IMG/VR virus record: IMGVR_UViG_3300034111_001103
Location: 104,935 to 168,934 of that record
DNA length: 64,000 nt
DNA from: a virus
Strand: one strand, 5' to 3'
The notes under the pieces are model-generated. The model saw only the letters and a list, made by a program, of their open reading frames with translations, made no database searches and was not told the origin of the DNA. The position numbers were made by a program, and so were the translations under genes. Positions 63,532-64,000 of the stretch are shown here, in pieces (the first letter of the stretch is position 1; every line of letters begins with the position of its first letter).

Positions 63532-64000
63532 TTATTTGATTATCCACCAATCTTTGCTATCAGTTACTAATTCTATGCTTTCGTAATCGGTTGTAAAAAC
63601 AAAAGAACTTGCATTGTCTATTAATTCACCTCCAAATGGAAGTATAGTTATTAATCTTAATACATTATATGCATTAGTACTTTTTATTGTTATCCTACCA
63701 GTCATTCCATTAAAGATCATTTCAGAAGAGTCTGGCAAAATTATATCTACACTATAAGACTTATTGTCTACTAATATCACGCTTGTAATATTTGTACTAT
63801 CAAGTGCAGTATTACTATTTATAGTACTTATTGAAGTAGATACAACTCCATTAACTTGTAGTTTAGATAGAGATGTAGTAGTTTCAAAGTTATCTATTCC
63901 AATAGCAGTTTTACCATTTTTAAGGATTGTAAATGCGTCTGATGGATTGCCACTTCCACCATTACCTACTACTAATAATCTATCTGTTGGCTCAAATGAA
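63532..64000 (-). CDS. C-terminal part of a tail fibre/adhesin (truncated by window end)
   Basis: Frame is open to the window edge: DRLLVVGNG....DAFTILKNGKTAIG...KLQVNG...ILP...IDN...YESIELVTD...WWII. Confidence 0.72.
   Translation of the reverse strand, partial: SFEPTDRLLVVGNGGSGNPSDAFTILKNGKTAIGIDNFETTTSLSKLQVNGVVSTSISTINSNTALDSTNITSVILVDNKSYSVDIILPDSSEMIFNGMTGRITIKSTNAYNVLRLITILPFGGELIDNASSFVFTTDYESIELVTDSKDWWIIK

Larger units (their letters stand above)
1..64000. mobile_element. crAss-like (Crassvirales) bacteriophage genome segment, probable Bacteroidota host
   Basis: Giant virion RNAP with GFRIPTQ and GSDFDIDK motifs. Gene order is ring protein, IHF-like, tail tubular, tail stabilisation, cargo, RNAP. 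Replication and structural blocks converge. Bacteroidota-type promoters, no SD sites, no host housekeeping genes. Confidence 0.93.

Noticed and set aside
1-64000. Stop-codon reassignment (TAG or TGA), known in some crAss-like phages
   Set aside because: Genes up to 14 kb are open in the standard code. TAG ends several genes at natural boundaries (1209, 10381, 10843, 19148) and TGA ends the gene at 17320.
1-64000. CRISPR arrays, tRNAs, structured ncRNAs, diversity-generating retroelement
   Set aside because: All intergenic gaps are about 120 nt or less and are explained by promoters or terminators. No repeat-spacer pattern, cloverleaf, reverse transcriptase or TR/VR pair was seen.

Overview
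The whole window is part of a very AT-rich, strongly CpG-depleted lytic phage genome of the crAss-like (Crassvirales) type. The host is most likely a Bacteroidota/Flavobacteriia bacterium, judging from TTG-N19/20-TAnnTTTG promoters and A-rich leaders without Shine-Dalgarno sites. Two gene blocks converge on a bidirectional terminator at about 19.4 kb. The + strand (1-19.4 kb) carries replication and nucleotide genes (DnaB-like helicase, 5'-3' exonuclease, RecA, dUTPase, class II RNR, DUF5664-type dNTP diphosphohydrolase), a spore-photoproduct-lyase-like radical SAM enzyme, a Rieske protein and a glycosyl/methyltransferase cluster. The - strand (19.4-64 kb) carries tail fibres, a lysis cassette, ring and tail proteins, a ferritin/Dps-like protein, cargo proteins, a 4717-aa virion RNA polymerase (DFDID motif) and a 3143-aa polyvalent protein. 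The strongest candidates for new biology are: (1) a stand-alone PAS sensor translationally coupled inside the lysis cassette; (2) nested effector cassettes (ART, zincin, nuclease) in the giant injected proteins, marked by local CpG islands in a genome that otherwise almost lacks CG; (3) an SPL-like enzyme with an atypical CX3CX4C motif near a Rieske protein; (4) a promoter that is itself a terminator hairpin upstream of the cargo/RNAP genes. All calls come from reading motifs by eye; no database searches were run.
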